Source: Phoronis australis
Lineage: Eukaryota > Animalia > Phoronida
Reading direction: 5' to 3'
DNA: 64,000 bases
Assembly: GCA_002633005.1 (NCBI GenBank)
Contig: NMRA01001019.1
Location: 1-64,000, forward strand
Position numbers and translations under genes: made by a program. Below, piece by piece: positions 51,714 through 64,000 of this stretch. The notes beneath the pieces were generated by a model that was not told the origin of the DNA, did no database searches, and saw only the letters and a program-made list of their open reading frames with translations. Each line of letters opens with the position of its first letter. Positions within the stretch are counted from its first letter, which is position 1.

Positions 51714-51797
51714 ATGAGTTCCTACAACAAGCTTGTGAAATACGTGGCACCGGCCTGGTCATCTAAACTCGCAAATACTCCCACACATAGGGTTGAG
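51714..51797 (+). CDS. Copy B coding exon 1 (MSSYNKLVKYVAPAWSSKLANTPTHRVE)
   Basis: Homologous to 6037-6120, donor GTGAGT. Confidence 0.85.
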
Positions 51798-54700
51798 GTG
51801 AGTTCAACGGTTTCCAGTTTAGAAGAATCTCCTTACTATCTGGTGGCTTTCACAACATTTAGAGGCTCTGTACAGGTTGAAGTTACGTCAGCTTATCAGT
51901 CCTGCCTATTGGAGAGCAGGGTCTTGTGAAACTATTTAAATAAAAATCACGTAAGTGCTCCAAAGATTTCATTAAAATTCGGGTACAATCGTGTCCATTG
52001 CTCAAGTGATATTGACTGCATTTGGTTGACATAGCGGTTCCGCCAGGACAAGAGGCATCTGATTGGCCTGCAAGCGGGAAGTCGCCATCGAGAACGAATC
52101 AAATGTCTTAGCCTCCAGACCTGGTGTAAGCGCCGATGACAGTCAAATGCAGCCTATGATTACTGCTTAAGGTTTCATACTTTTTATTACAGTAACTTGT
52201 ACTTCAGTTCTGAAAGTTAAATCTCCTTCACATACACCTTTTTCCAGTTTTGGTGTTGTTGGTCTACTCGCTTTAAATATTTGAAAAGCTAAGTTTCGAC
52301 TTGGCTCATTTTGTTCCTGGCATAGGTAGAAGTGATCTCCTCTTTACTTGGGAAGAACCCACAGTTGGTTAGTGCTAAAGCAATGCTCGACTCATCAAAT
52401 GTCACGCGATGTCAAGTCAACTTTATTTAATACGTGACATCTATATGTGGTGTTATTAAATTAAATTATTCCTTGTCTAAATTAAATAATGTTTTATATA
52501 TAAACAAAGGAAATCCTGAAAAGCTACCAAATGTTTTGAAATTATTTTAAATAGTATTTACGGGTAATTCATTATCGAACTATATCATTCAACGCCAAAA
52601 GTACCATAAATGCTTCTGATTTGCGCCTGACTCATTTTGTTACCTTGTTTTCAAACAATAAAGAAACTGTCAGCTTTTCCGATGCTCAGAAAGGACCTTT
52701 GACAGGGATAAGAAACAATATGAGACTTGAAAAAGGGTCTAATCCGAGATGATTTTCGACAAGAGACGAGCTCAGTACACTTTCGTGAAATATTTTTTCA
52801 ATTACAGCTAGCTTTATCCAATACACCAATTCACTCATGGTACGACAATTTACCCGGTGGTTTCTCCGTTTCCATAAAGAGAGATGACTTGACAGGATGC
52901 ACGCTGACGGGAAACAAGGTATTGTTAAATGTGATATTGTGTGCACCAAGACGGATTGAAACCCATGATCTCAACGGTAACAGTCTGGCATTTTGCTACC
53001 ACAGCTAAAGCTGATTTTAAATGTAATTTAACTGAAACGTTCACTGGCCTGGATTGTAGTTAATTTTACCAAACAGCTGGAAGTCAGGTTTGGTATTGGC
53101 AATTTATAAAAAATAATAAAGAACAACGTTTTTTTTCTGTTTTATACCTCTGATCAAAGTTAAGAGCTTCAGGAAGCCTATCCTGTCTTACTATAAATTC
53201 AAAATTACATCTTTCAGCTCTAAAGGCAATTGCGTCCCTTTAACAGTTGAAGCAACCGTAGACGCCATTTTTCAAAACACGCATCTTGAAACTAACCTTT
53301 TTCAAAATCAGCTGAAAACTTTAATTATGACGTCAACCTTAACTGCCATCGGCTTTATTTTGGGTTTTGTTATACTTGTAAGAAAGTCTGCTATTAATCG
53401 TTCAGTACATCATGGAGTGTGGCGTTTACCGTGCATGTGAAATACAATTCCCGGGTCACTTCTCAGATATTAAAACTGCATTTCCTCCTGTTGACCTGCC
53501 AGATTAAAACAAAACTAGGTCACTTACCCTACAGTATGAATGTTGAAAATTCCCTTGCTCTGGTAGGATTTGATTTTGATTTGTTGCCACGAAGAACATT
53601 AAAAATATTTACGAGTAAAAAACGTTTCGTAAAATCATAACCGCTGTCCATCTCTTCAAGTATTTGAACCTTCAGTTAAATCTTAGGTTACCCCTAAAGT
53701 CTAGTTGAATCTCGTTGCAAGTAATGCGGTCCTGTCAAGAAAATTTTAGCTCCAATTTGATTGGATCAATGAGTATATTTCTTGATTTCAGGTTATAGGG
53801 TAAGTGGAATAGAAATATAAGTCTTTAAAATGTTCCTCGATTTCGGGATGATAATTTCGTATATGGAAGACATTACTTTCGTAATTTCTGTGGTCTTGAA
53901 CACCTCACGTATATCCGTAGGCTTAAATACATGGGTCCTCTTTTTGATTTGGGCATGCGTAGCACATGCTCACTGGGATGATAAAGAACTAGTTCTAGTG
54001 AATGAACTAATTTTTGCATTGCAATTTAAGGTGCCCATAATAAAATGCAGATTTCTCCTAAAGTTACGAGTAAATGGCAAAACACCATTTGATAAGAAAT
54101 AGTGACTAACACTCAATTCTATCAATAAATCATACAATGGTTAGTAAATTGCAAATTAAATTAAGACACCTTCTAATGGTTTAAGACCGCTAACAAGAAA
54201 GTTTTCTTTACATAAAAAAAGAAATGAAAAAACAAAAAAAAATCACTAAGAGTACATAAAGTATGCAAAAAAGATGGGCAAAATTATGATGCTTAACAAA
54301 ACAAAGTGAAGTAACGACCGACACACAAGAAGCCAGGACGTTGAATACCCCTGGGTCTTTGGAATATAAGTTTCTAGATACTATTACATGTGAAGCAGCT
54401 AGAAATTATTGATATGATTGTTCTGAAACATCCTCGACCCACGACTCCCTGCACCGACAACCCCCTCGACCTACCACTTACAATACACAAAGCTCGGTTC
54501 GGCTCCGTGAGGATATCTGCTCACCTTCAGCTTTTCTGGGTCTGGCTGGTAATAGAAACATTATTACGTATTTTTGCAATTAAGAGATATATAAAAAACA
54601 CGCGACCAACTCAAATCAAAGACGGTCAACGTTACAAAAGTCGTTCTCGCAGAGTGGAATCGTAACCTCTCCACTGAATGGCAGATCCAAGCTGTTTTTA

Positions 54701-57700
54701 AGAAAGTGCCAGGAACCCACGAATATGTAATTTCTTCAGTACATACAATTTGAAAAAACATACTGTTAACTAAAAAAACATCTCAAAGTTACATGGCGTA
54801 TATTGTAGATGTGGATACGACTGAAACCAAATAACTAAAATGTGAAATTATGTTCCGTGTGTATGTGTACTTACAGCGATGATATTTGTCTCAATAGTTG
54901 TCAGGCTTCTATGCAGTCTCACGTCTTGTGGCCCTTCCTTCTTGACAGCTGAACCAGTGTCCCTTTCTTCCGTCGTATACTATCTAGTTGAAGGCATACC
55001 TTGATGTCGTCAGATGGCGTCCTGGACTTGTTTCGTCCCTAAACCGTAACGGTCTCCACTGGTGGCTCCACAGTGGTGGCCAACTCACTATGCATCACCG
55101 GGGCCTCCGGCGTCACTCCGGCGGTCCCACAGCCAACACCCGGTCTTCTCATTGTAGCTATCTTTCCTCTGCCTGGCACACCGAGCTTCTCCACCAACAA
55201 TCATACAGATGTTGCAGGAAACCCTCTAATTCCCACCTCTACAGGAAACAACCAAATCCGCCAACTTCAAGCTCCGCTTCTTTCCGCCAGCTTGCTGTAC
55301 TTTGATAACTTCCTCTCTTGCGCCTCTTCGCATCCTTCCTCCTATGGGACGTAAGCTCTGTAATGACAATACGCTGATGAGTATCCGAACAAAACATCAT
55401 GTCAGGCCGAGCGTTATTTCCACAATACCTGGGAGCTCAAGGTTTCTTTCCAGATGTACTCTCATCTCCCAGCTTACTGCATCAAGGATGCAGGGCTGCT
55501 GACGTGACTTCTTCCCTAGCTCACCTGCTCTGACGAATTGGATGTGTTGGCTACTTGCCCTGGGCTTAGTCGCTCTTGTATTGCGCTCTTCAGTTACGAT
55601 GTCTGCAGGGTTTTCAGTACTTGGTCGTGACGCCATCTGCATCGGTCCTGCTGAAGCGCAATGGTACACCCTTATAGGATGTGGGCCAATGTACCTCTTC
55701 CTCTACACAGCTAGCAGTTGAATCGTCCACTAGGCCCCAGCATAGAAGGTTTGTAGGGGATGGTAACACGTCGTAGACAGAACGAAGCAGAAACTGAATG
55801 CGCATCGGCTCCATCCTCCACAAGTCTGTATGGAAGGTTCCACTTGGTTCAGGCTCCTTGGTGGCTCAGTTAGACTGCCTTAGGTTTCCGCGTTTCCTCC
55901 ACTGATGACCTCACCTCAGCTTGGACCATCTCCCTCTCCCTGTCTCCACAGCTAGTCGAAACTGGGATGTACCCAACCCTTGTCGTAGTACACAAGTGCT
56001 ACCAATGATATCTATGATCTGTAGCAAGCTCTCTGCCTGGCTCACAGATGTGTCCGCTGACCACAGTCTCGTCATGACACCTGTTTCCCTCACCTTCGGA
56101 TCTCTGGAGAGGCGTAAGGTAAGTACCAGCTCTCACTTTGCTACTTTAAGTTCCTCTGTATTTAAAGATATTGGAAGTTAAAGCTCTGCGGTTCTACTAT
56201 GAATACCAATCAGTGTGGAGCTTTGGGGGCCTCCGAACCACTTCCTCAGCCATTTGTTGCTCTCCCTAGGCTCTCCACTGCCGATATGGGGATGTCGTAC
56301 AACATACGTCCTCACATTGCACGAGGTAACAGTCCAAGCTGGTAGATCCAGACCGTGTACTTGCCAGAATGACCCAACTTTTCTATCCTGTTCAACCACT
56401 CTATAGATGGGTCTCCATCTGCTTGATGTTGTTCTTATCGCACAAGATTTCATCGTACCATTTGCCTAGGCTCTTGATGGAGTTGTTAATCAGTGCTGGA
56501 ATGTCTTCGCCTTGAATGGTTAAGGAGAATCTTTTAACCTCGTTCCCGCCTCTCATCATCAGGAGTCTCGACTTCCTAAGCTTGAATTTCATGCGATCCC
56601 ATCTTGCAACATCATCTAGTGCTGTCAATAACCACCGATATTGCACATGCGTCACCGCCGTTACTGTCAAATCGTTCATAAATGCTCTGATTACAGGTAC
56701 CACGATACCGTACTATTTTCCTAAGTTTAGTAGAACAGGATCATTGGTAATTGCTCGTGGAACTATTTCCATGACAACGATAGCACGCTCACAATCCGCC
56801 ATTTCAGATCATGTTCTTACGCCGCTTTCTGTTTTTAACCACTTATCTTGAGCCAGAGCAGATCGTGTATTTAAGTCTTATGGTCAAGTCACTAACCGTC
56901 ATGATAAGATTATGAAATGTGTGGTCGTGGGGTGTGGGGGGTCGAGAGGGTTTTAGAACAATTTGTTAGAAATATGATAAATTGGAACGTAGCTACTACT
57001 TATGAAATTGCTTAAAAACCTGGAGAATACTTGTAGAGAGTGGGTTTTTATTCAACTTAGAGCAGAGATTCGTATTTCGTTGCATACTATGAACTCACTC
57101 GACTATTTTCGTAGCCACAGTTTCACTTGAAAGTGAGCATTATAGCCGTTTCTGCAAACATCAGTCAGACATTGGGCGAGCTTATGAGAATGACTTGTCG
57201 CATGAAAGCAAATAACGTTCACCAACCCGGAAAATTTTGAGGCTCCGAAAATATCGAAGGAATGTTTCATATCTGCGCATGTGCGAACTTCAAGCAAAAC
57301 AGGAAGTCGTTTGACTCTTGGACAGGAGAAAGAGATAATGTTACGATAAGGAGACAGACTAAAGATTTAAAATGACCGTCGTGGATGACTTTTGAGACCA
57401 GCTACATGTAGGAAGAAGCCAGTGCTGTATGATGATTGCTCAGATCGCTCATGCGCATATATGAAACAACTCATAGGAATAATGTGAGGCTATGAAAATA
57501 TCTTAGTTGTTTTGGATGATATTTACTCAATGAAATGCCATTGTCTATCTCCGGGAGGCAACCGTAATGCTCGATCGATTCAGCTAGGAAATATGGATGA
57601 CTGACTGGAAGCCACCATGCCTGAACTGGTTCATCATCAAGAGAATCTAATAATCAACAACTTTGTGCTGGTTGATCAATTGTGTTAGCTGTGAGGGTTG

Positions 57701-60700
57701 TTCATGTTTACATTGTTAATATGGTGGCGGCATACAAATAAATCATATTAATGCTGTGTGACAGTATTAATTACAAGCAAGGGTATGTTTGCCTGTTATT
57801 CATGTAATTTCAAAGATAGTATACAATATGAACCGAGACGATCAACAGCGTGTTGTTGTACGAGCTAGAAATACAGCTTTGTTTGTTATTGCACTCCATT
57901 CAAATGTAAATTTATACATGTAATTAAATACGAACTTTGTCATACAAGTACTATTAGGGTATAGGTAAATCCCAACTGTTATTTTTACTTAAAAATTTTT
58001 CATTAATTTAGGTGAGAATGTTAGAGTTCATGTTCGCCGACGCCATTCAACGAGGTTGTAGCCATGTGATGGCTAGTGGTTATGAGAAGTCCAACGCTTG
58101 CAGGGCGACTGCTGTTATCGCGGCACAACTAGGACTAAGCTGCCATTTGTTTCTGAGGTCAAAGGCAACCGTAAGAAAGGATAACATTTGGATTTCCATT
58201 TTCTAAAAATGCACTTATTGCAAAGCGGGGGACCATGAAAATAAGCACTGGATTCAAAAGAGATCGACAGGATTTATCATCCAAGGTCTTCGTCTGCTTT
58301 GTCCTAGGATACTTCCTTCAGGAAAAAAAGTCAATTAAACAGCTCAGTCATTGACCGGCAAAAAATCTAAAGCTTCATAAGTTCAAGGATTTTAATCACT
58401 TCGTTAATATGTCTAAAAACGTTTCCCTAGTGTTTAAGGAATGTTACTTTAAAATTTGCATGGGGTTGGGTCGATCCTAGGGTTAATGGCGACCGTGACA
58501 AAACTTTTAATATTAAAAACAGAATTAAAGGGGAAAGCAACCATTTTAGAGTTATTTTGGTTAAATTACGATTTTCTGGTCATCCTGAATAAATGTCGAA
58601 GTTAATTAAATTCCCCCATATTGTCATTAACCATGCAAGCGTCACTCCGCAGGCAATACTTAAAAGTAGGGTATCGCATCTTGATAACCCATTTCGTCCA
58701 CTGAATATCTGGCATAAAACTGGTTCGCAAAATGCAGGAAACTGTTAGTGACTATTGCCGCTACGAAAATGATGTTCGCAACCCGAATCGCTCCTTGACT
58801 AGTTTTGATTGAGCGAAGATTCATTGTGGAAATCTATTTTTCAAAAATGTCCACAATTATTTGCCTTTGACGAATACTCTCGTTCATGCTGAAGCTGTGC
58901 TGGTTGCCGGCTTATTGCGATGCTGTTACTGTTATACACGTACGGGTGACGCCCGATTTACAGCAACAGTAACATAATGATCCGTGTAGACAATGCGTAT
59001 ACAATCTCCCCTGTGATATTTACCTACGTTGTCGTGTCAACTTGAGTTCATTGCTTCTCTACGTTCTCTGTAATGACTTGTACGTAACGTAAATTTTGGT
59101 CATGTTTACCTCTTATTTCTTAAATGTTACCAGGCAAAAATATCGCGATTGGTGATTCCGTTAGCTTTGATTCAACAATAAACTGACGGGGATTCCTTAG
59201 TATTCATAGCGAGAGTTTGTGAAACAAAAATTGGGGTAGAGGGCCGTAAAATGGTCGTTGTTTGACGTCATTGGCTAACTGCTTAAATCATTTTATTTTA
59301 TTTAGCGGATTACCAAATTAAATATATTGATTTGGCGTCCAGTTTCTCATATTTTGACGGTTGATTTTAGAGCGCGACATGATCAAATTTCGCGCTGACG
59401 TCATACTATGCGATATACAATCCCAAGTGCAAGAATTATGTGAGACTTATGCAAACGGCAAATATGACTTTATAAAACTAGTAACTATGATTCACGTCAA
59501 CTAAGCTCATTTCACAATTCTAATAACTATAACAAAAATATTAGTAACCGAGTAACAAAACTTACGGAAAGAAGCAGTTTCGCGCGCAAACGCTGTGGAC
59601 CATAAACAAGTACGTGTCTTAGCCACGTCTGACTGATTGGAGCGTGGTGGTGTGAACGAAGAGCATGCGCCCGCTAACAAACAGATGGTGATTTCGAAGC
59701 CTTGCAATTTCATGATTTTTTTATTTTTAGACCACAAACGGCAATACCGCAGTTAAACAGTTTAAATGCTTTAAAACAAGAATTGCGAAATTTGTTTATT
59801 TAAAAAATCTGAACTCAGCGAGGATGACTAATAAATGATGTTCAGAGTATTGTCATATATCGGTATGAAGCAGACGTTTGAGTTACGCGTCACGACCACA
59901 GAAATTATGTATCTGTTCGCCATAGGGGCAAAAAGTACGTAAAGCATGTGAGATTCTAAAATCAAGGGCATTTTTAGTGGCAACTTGACGAGTTGAGAAG
60001 TTGCAGCCAAGTCGGAATCCCGCAGAATGCGATCTGGGTCGTGGGATGTTGCCACGCTAGATGCAAAAAGCGACCTGGCCAAAGCAGCAGAGCTGTTGAA
60101 GGCTGATTATACTTCAGAAATCAAGGAAAATGCTTGTTTTCAGAGGCAAAAACAAAATATTCTTCTAGGCGGAAGGCGAGAAACCCCCCCTCCCGACGTC
60201 CCCCATTCGGCGCTATGCGCTTCTTCAATCACGCTACGAGACATAATGTTGTGCAATCCTTATGATATCCTAGATCCGCCAATGCGAAGTGCATATAAGC
60301 AATGATGAAGGGGAATGATTCGGGCCGTGAACGTCACTCCCAGGGTGACCCTTGTGGAAGTAATTAGAGCATAGATAAATTTAGTTAACTAGGAAAGATA
60401 ACCAAAAAATCGTAATTTTAAAAAATGACACTAAAAACGGTTGCCTTCCCTTCAACCTAGTGTGTTATCTAATTTGGTGTTGACGATTTTCTTGACGTTC
60501 TAGAGAGTCTGTAAGAGGTTTTAGTTCTCGTTTCCTAGCAACAGTCAGAAATTCGCATAATGCATACTACTTACTTTGCATACGCTCTCAACTGACAAAT
60601 AATTATTCATTTTAGTGTGAACAAGATTTGTCTGACAGGGGTAACCTGCTATTAAGCAGGATGTGTGGCGCGCATGTGTACCTCATGCCGGAGAATTCGT

Positions 60701-62561
60701 CGTTCGTAGAAGATATGAAGCCAAAAATGGAACTACTTGCGAAGACCATAGAGTAAGTAAACTCTGACATTCCTTGTGATGCTAGAAAACTACGCCGTAG
60801 ACAGTTTTGTGCTTGTAAACAACTTCAGTAACCGTTCGCCATCACGCCTCACGCGCCACCTTATGTTAGCTGGAGTAAGTTGTTGACCAGAAATCAAACT
60901 CAAGACGTTTTGTTTTATATCATTTCCGCTACAAAATTAGATTAAAGCTCTTCCATTGATTAGAAGTGATATTTGGTGTTGGGAAGAATTCTCTTGACTT
61001 TTCGTTGTTACTACAGACTAGGTGTCCGTTTCAGGAAACTGACCTAAATTCGTTTTTAAGTATAAGATTTGTCTCAACTTCCAAACTTTGATACTTCCTT
61101 ATCCGGCAAGTTATTCACAATTTAGACAAAACTTAAGTCAAAAATTTAAATCAAACTTAAATTCTTTTCCCTGAAACAGACTTGAGGCAAATTTAAGTTT
61201 TATCTTAAAATCGACTGAAATTTAAGTTTGTCTTTACTACGTAAGGACGTAAGGTTTCTCGTAACGGGCTCCTGGCTCAACCGAACCATTTTTTATACCC
61301 TGAGGCTCTAACAAACTTTCAATTCTTCCCAAAGATAGCAATCGCATGTGCCCTATTTGGCAAAGTGGGTAAAAAGATCCGCCTCAGAGAAACAAACAGT
61401 CCGAAGAAACGAGACAAAAAATCCACTAAAAAGGCGCAGACGCACAGATCACAGACCTGAAGGTGGTACCCCGTATTTTTAGCCCTCCCGCTTTTTTGTG
61501 AGCAAAAGATCCACTTTGTCAGAGGTTCGAGCCCCCCCCCCATATTAAAGGCTGGGTGCGCGCATGGATCATGTCTAATCTGTGTAAGGATTGAGCCGAA
61601 GTAGTTTTAATGGCAAGAAGACTAGAATGCGAATTCATGGCAGGTTCAGTAAAACGGGCCCCTTTGTGAGCCTCACGGTAGTAAAACACACCCCCTTGTG
61701 AATTTCATAATAACAGTGAATTCTCGTCAAATTTATGCAGTTGCTCAATAGAGCACTCAAACTGCAGACATTTTCATATTAGTTAACTACTACATAAAAT
61801 GAAGTTGGGCTTAGTTCAGCCGAAGCTCGTTCATTGTAATAAAATAAGTATAAAATTTTTAAACTCTCTTTTGAAATACGGAGTTTTAAGTTTGAATTTC
61901 AATTTTCTGGTTGTGCACAAGGGAAGTGGACTCTATTGTTGGATGCTGCTCAATTTCACATTTAATTCGTTTAGAAAAAAAGTTATAGTAAAAGAGCAAT
62001 TACATGTACGTAGGTAAGCAACTTTTGAAATATACCTCTCTTAGCGATGTCTGGTGGTACTCGTTTCTTCAAAGAGAAAAAAGAAGAAAAGTGTCTACAA
62101 GATTAGACTCATTGCCAATGTTCACTCGACGCACTAAGTGTCTGTTGTAGTTCAGACACTGTTGTTCATCGGATATTTAAAATACGCGCTTGTACTGTAA
62201 AACGCTATCTTAATTAAAGAAGAATTGCGCTTATTTTCTTTCAGAAACAGGACTGGCGAAAAGAGTTGTATATTTCCAGCGGGTTGTGTGCTTGCTAAAC
62301 GTATGGCTGGCTACATATATGCCTTCCAGGAAATGATGGAACAGGTATGAAGTTAATTTACATATTTGCAGTCATACCATTCTCAATGTAGCATTTCTAA
62401 TCTCTCTGCTGCTGCTGCTGCTGCTGCTGCTCCTCCTCCTCCTGCTGCTGCTGCTGCTGCTGCTCCTCCTGCTGCTGCTGCTGCTGCTGCTCCTCCTGCT
62501 GCTGCTGCTGCTGCTCCTCCTCCTGCTGCTGCTGCTGCTGCTGCTGCTCCTCCTCCTCCTC

Positions 62562-62596
<35 letters not shown>

Positions 62597-63265
62597 NGCA
62601 ACAAACAACTAAGATTAGCTTGAGTTAAAATTGGAGAAACGAAATATATTTCATGATTGCATTTGCCATGTCAACGTCCAAATTTGTTTATAACACCAGC
62701 CTCAGCTATGTGCAGACTAAGGCAAACGATCAAAACACCTCTCCTCGAGAAATCTACAGAATGTCGAATATTCTTGTTGTGGACTTAAGAAAGGAAGCTA
62801 ATACAATATGCATTTATTCCCTGACCCCGTAAAAAGTTCGAGATTTACGATCACATAAATGGAGTGTCAAAAAAGAATTCGAGCCAACACATTTTAAAGA
62901 TATCGTGACAAAAAGGTAATATGACACGTCTGCTTTTCCCAATGCCTTTCAATATGCACATGCAGATGGGTATGAGTCACTGAGACTAATAAACGACTCG
63001 AGTTTTCTTTTCAGGTCCGTCAAAAATGTAGTTTAAAATTTCCCGATAGGGAATATGTCTGAGCCTGTCGAAGTCGTATCTACATGATCTGACTATACTA
63101 GAGGTTCTTGAGAATTTTACCAGATACTTAACTAATGATATGTGTGTTGTGACATTACACGCAGGGTCTTCTGGAGGACTTCGATGACATCGTGGTCGCG
63201 GCTTCAAGTGGTACTACCGCGTGTGCTCTCGGAGTCGCTAACTACCTGACGGGATCAAGACTGAA
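51714..63265 (+). CDS. Copy B (3'-partial): tandem paralog of the D-cysteine desulfhydrase/ACC deaminase-like gene, exons 51714-51797, 52808-52918, 58012-58170, 60616-60752, 62245-62344, 63165-63265
   Basis: Six exons of identical length and phase to copy A, open reading frame, GT-AG sites; remaining exons presumably lie beyond the window. Confidence 0.9.
52808..52918 (+). CDS. Copy B coding exon 2 (PLP lysine, KRDDLTGCTLTGNK)
   Basis: Homologous to 7425-7535. Confidence 0.9.
54416..56963 (+). mobile_element. GGATTGTTCT-family MITE in copy B intron 2 with a nested retrotransposon
   Basis: TIR remnants and internal homology to 40244-41060 on both sides of the insert. Confidence 0.72.
54860..56703 (-). 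mobile_element. 5'-truncated, degenerate HERO-like (R2-group, RLE) non-LTR retrotransposon
   Basis: AFMNDLTV, RMKFK.RKSR, WIYQ.GLLPR, SVYDVLPSP.NL..WG, RWRHDQVL, ELT.P.EE, PVEVG.RGF; many frameshifts. Confidence 0.82.
58012..58170 (+). CDS. Copy B coding exon 3 (VRMLEFMFADA...GYEKSNACRATA...)
   Basis: Homologous to 13621-13779. Confidence 0.9.
58529..60451. mobile_element. TTAA-type TIR element in copy B intron 3
   Basis: TTAA|AGGGGAAAGCAACC...GGTTGCCTTCCCT|TCAA with long inverted subterminal similarity; right end shared with copy A (~14240-14402). Confidence 0.65.
60616..60752 (+). CDS. Copy B coding exon 4
   Basis: Homologous to 14568-14704. Confidence 0.9.
62245..62344 (+). CDS. Copy B coding exon 5 (NRTGEKSCIFPAGC...GYIYAFQEMMEQ)
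   Basis: Homologous to 16049-16148. Confidence 0.88.
62406..62596. repeat. Compound (GCT)n/(CCT)n trinucleotide microsatellite in copy B intron 5
   Basis: Direct reading; ends at N 62597. Confidence 0.92.
63165..63265 (+). CDS. Copy B coding exon 6 (GLLEDFDDIVVAASSGTTACALGVANYLTGSRLK)
   Basis: Homologous to 17074-17174, donor GTACGT. Confidence 0.9.
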
Positions 63266-64000
63266 GTACGTTCAAAAATAGTCTCTCGGTTTGTTTACTA
63301 GATGTTTGTTAGCAGATCTAGTCCAATCTTTTTAGGATCCAGAGGGCCCAACCTAGAAAAAAATTGCAACAGAAGTTTTTTTTGCATAAATAGCATCTTT
63401 AAACATCCCTTGTTGCTAGAAAAAAGTCTACCGAAATCGGAGTGGCGGAAGTCGGTTTTTCAAGATAGCGGGAAAATGGCCGCCAAAACCGGTGTTTATT
63501 GATTTCTGGCATGTTACTCTTACGTAAGAGCCGGAAATAAAACAATAAAGTTTGCCATTGATTATATACATTTTTATAACAGGCATACCAATCAAAAGAT
63601 GCCAATTTTTCATAACATTTCTGTGCTTTTGTAAGTTAGGCGGTTGCAAATATCTGGACCTTACAGTTGGTCACTGATTGGAGAGAAAAAATCAAGGTGG
63701 CTGACAAAGTGGCCGCCAACTCACAAAACTCCCAATTTACCACATGTACGTTCTGCAAACTTTGCTTGTAACCTGATAAGCGTTTACATGAAGACATATT
63801 CCCAATCTACAGTCAGGCTTAATTAGTTGATTGTTTATATAACTTGTTTTTAAGATTTAGATACTAAACGTGAACTTTTAATCACATTTTAGATTATTCA
63901 ACATTAAAGTTGGTGTGTTTTTCACAAAAAGGCTTTAGTTAAATTTGCACAATAAATTTCACTCACTCAATTATTTTTTCTGCAAAATATATTCTCCTGA

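Noticed and set aside
62366-62623. Poly-Ala/Pro, poly-Ser/Arg and poly-Ala/Gly ORFs
   Set aside because: Translations of an intronic trinucleotide microsatellite

Overview
Eukaryotic, AT-rich, intron- and transposon-rich genomic DNA, probably from a marine invertebrate (inference), with one large N gap (776-1734) and five single-N contig joins (12262, 23489, 45656, 49231, 62597). The main content is two tandem + strand paralogs of a spliced fold-type II PLP enzyme of the D-cysteine desulfhydrase / ACC deaminase family. Copy A is complete: 9 coding exons, 6037-33491, 1116 nt, 371 aa, all introns GT-AG with consistent phase. Copy B shows exons 1-6 (51714-63265) and runs off the window. Both keep the PLP lysine but have substitutions in several normally invariant active-site motifs, and they differ from each other mainly in those regions. 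Introns and intergenic DNA hold nested transposons: THAP-bearing TTAA-targeting (Kolobok-like) elements, a 4-copy TIR MITE family with probable 9-bp TSDs, CR1/L2-group LINE fragments, a HERO-like RLE retrotransposon, palindromes and micro/minisatellites. Most ORF-track entries are spurious.
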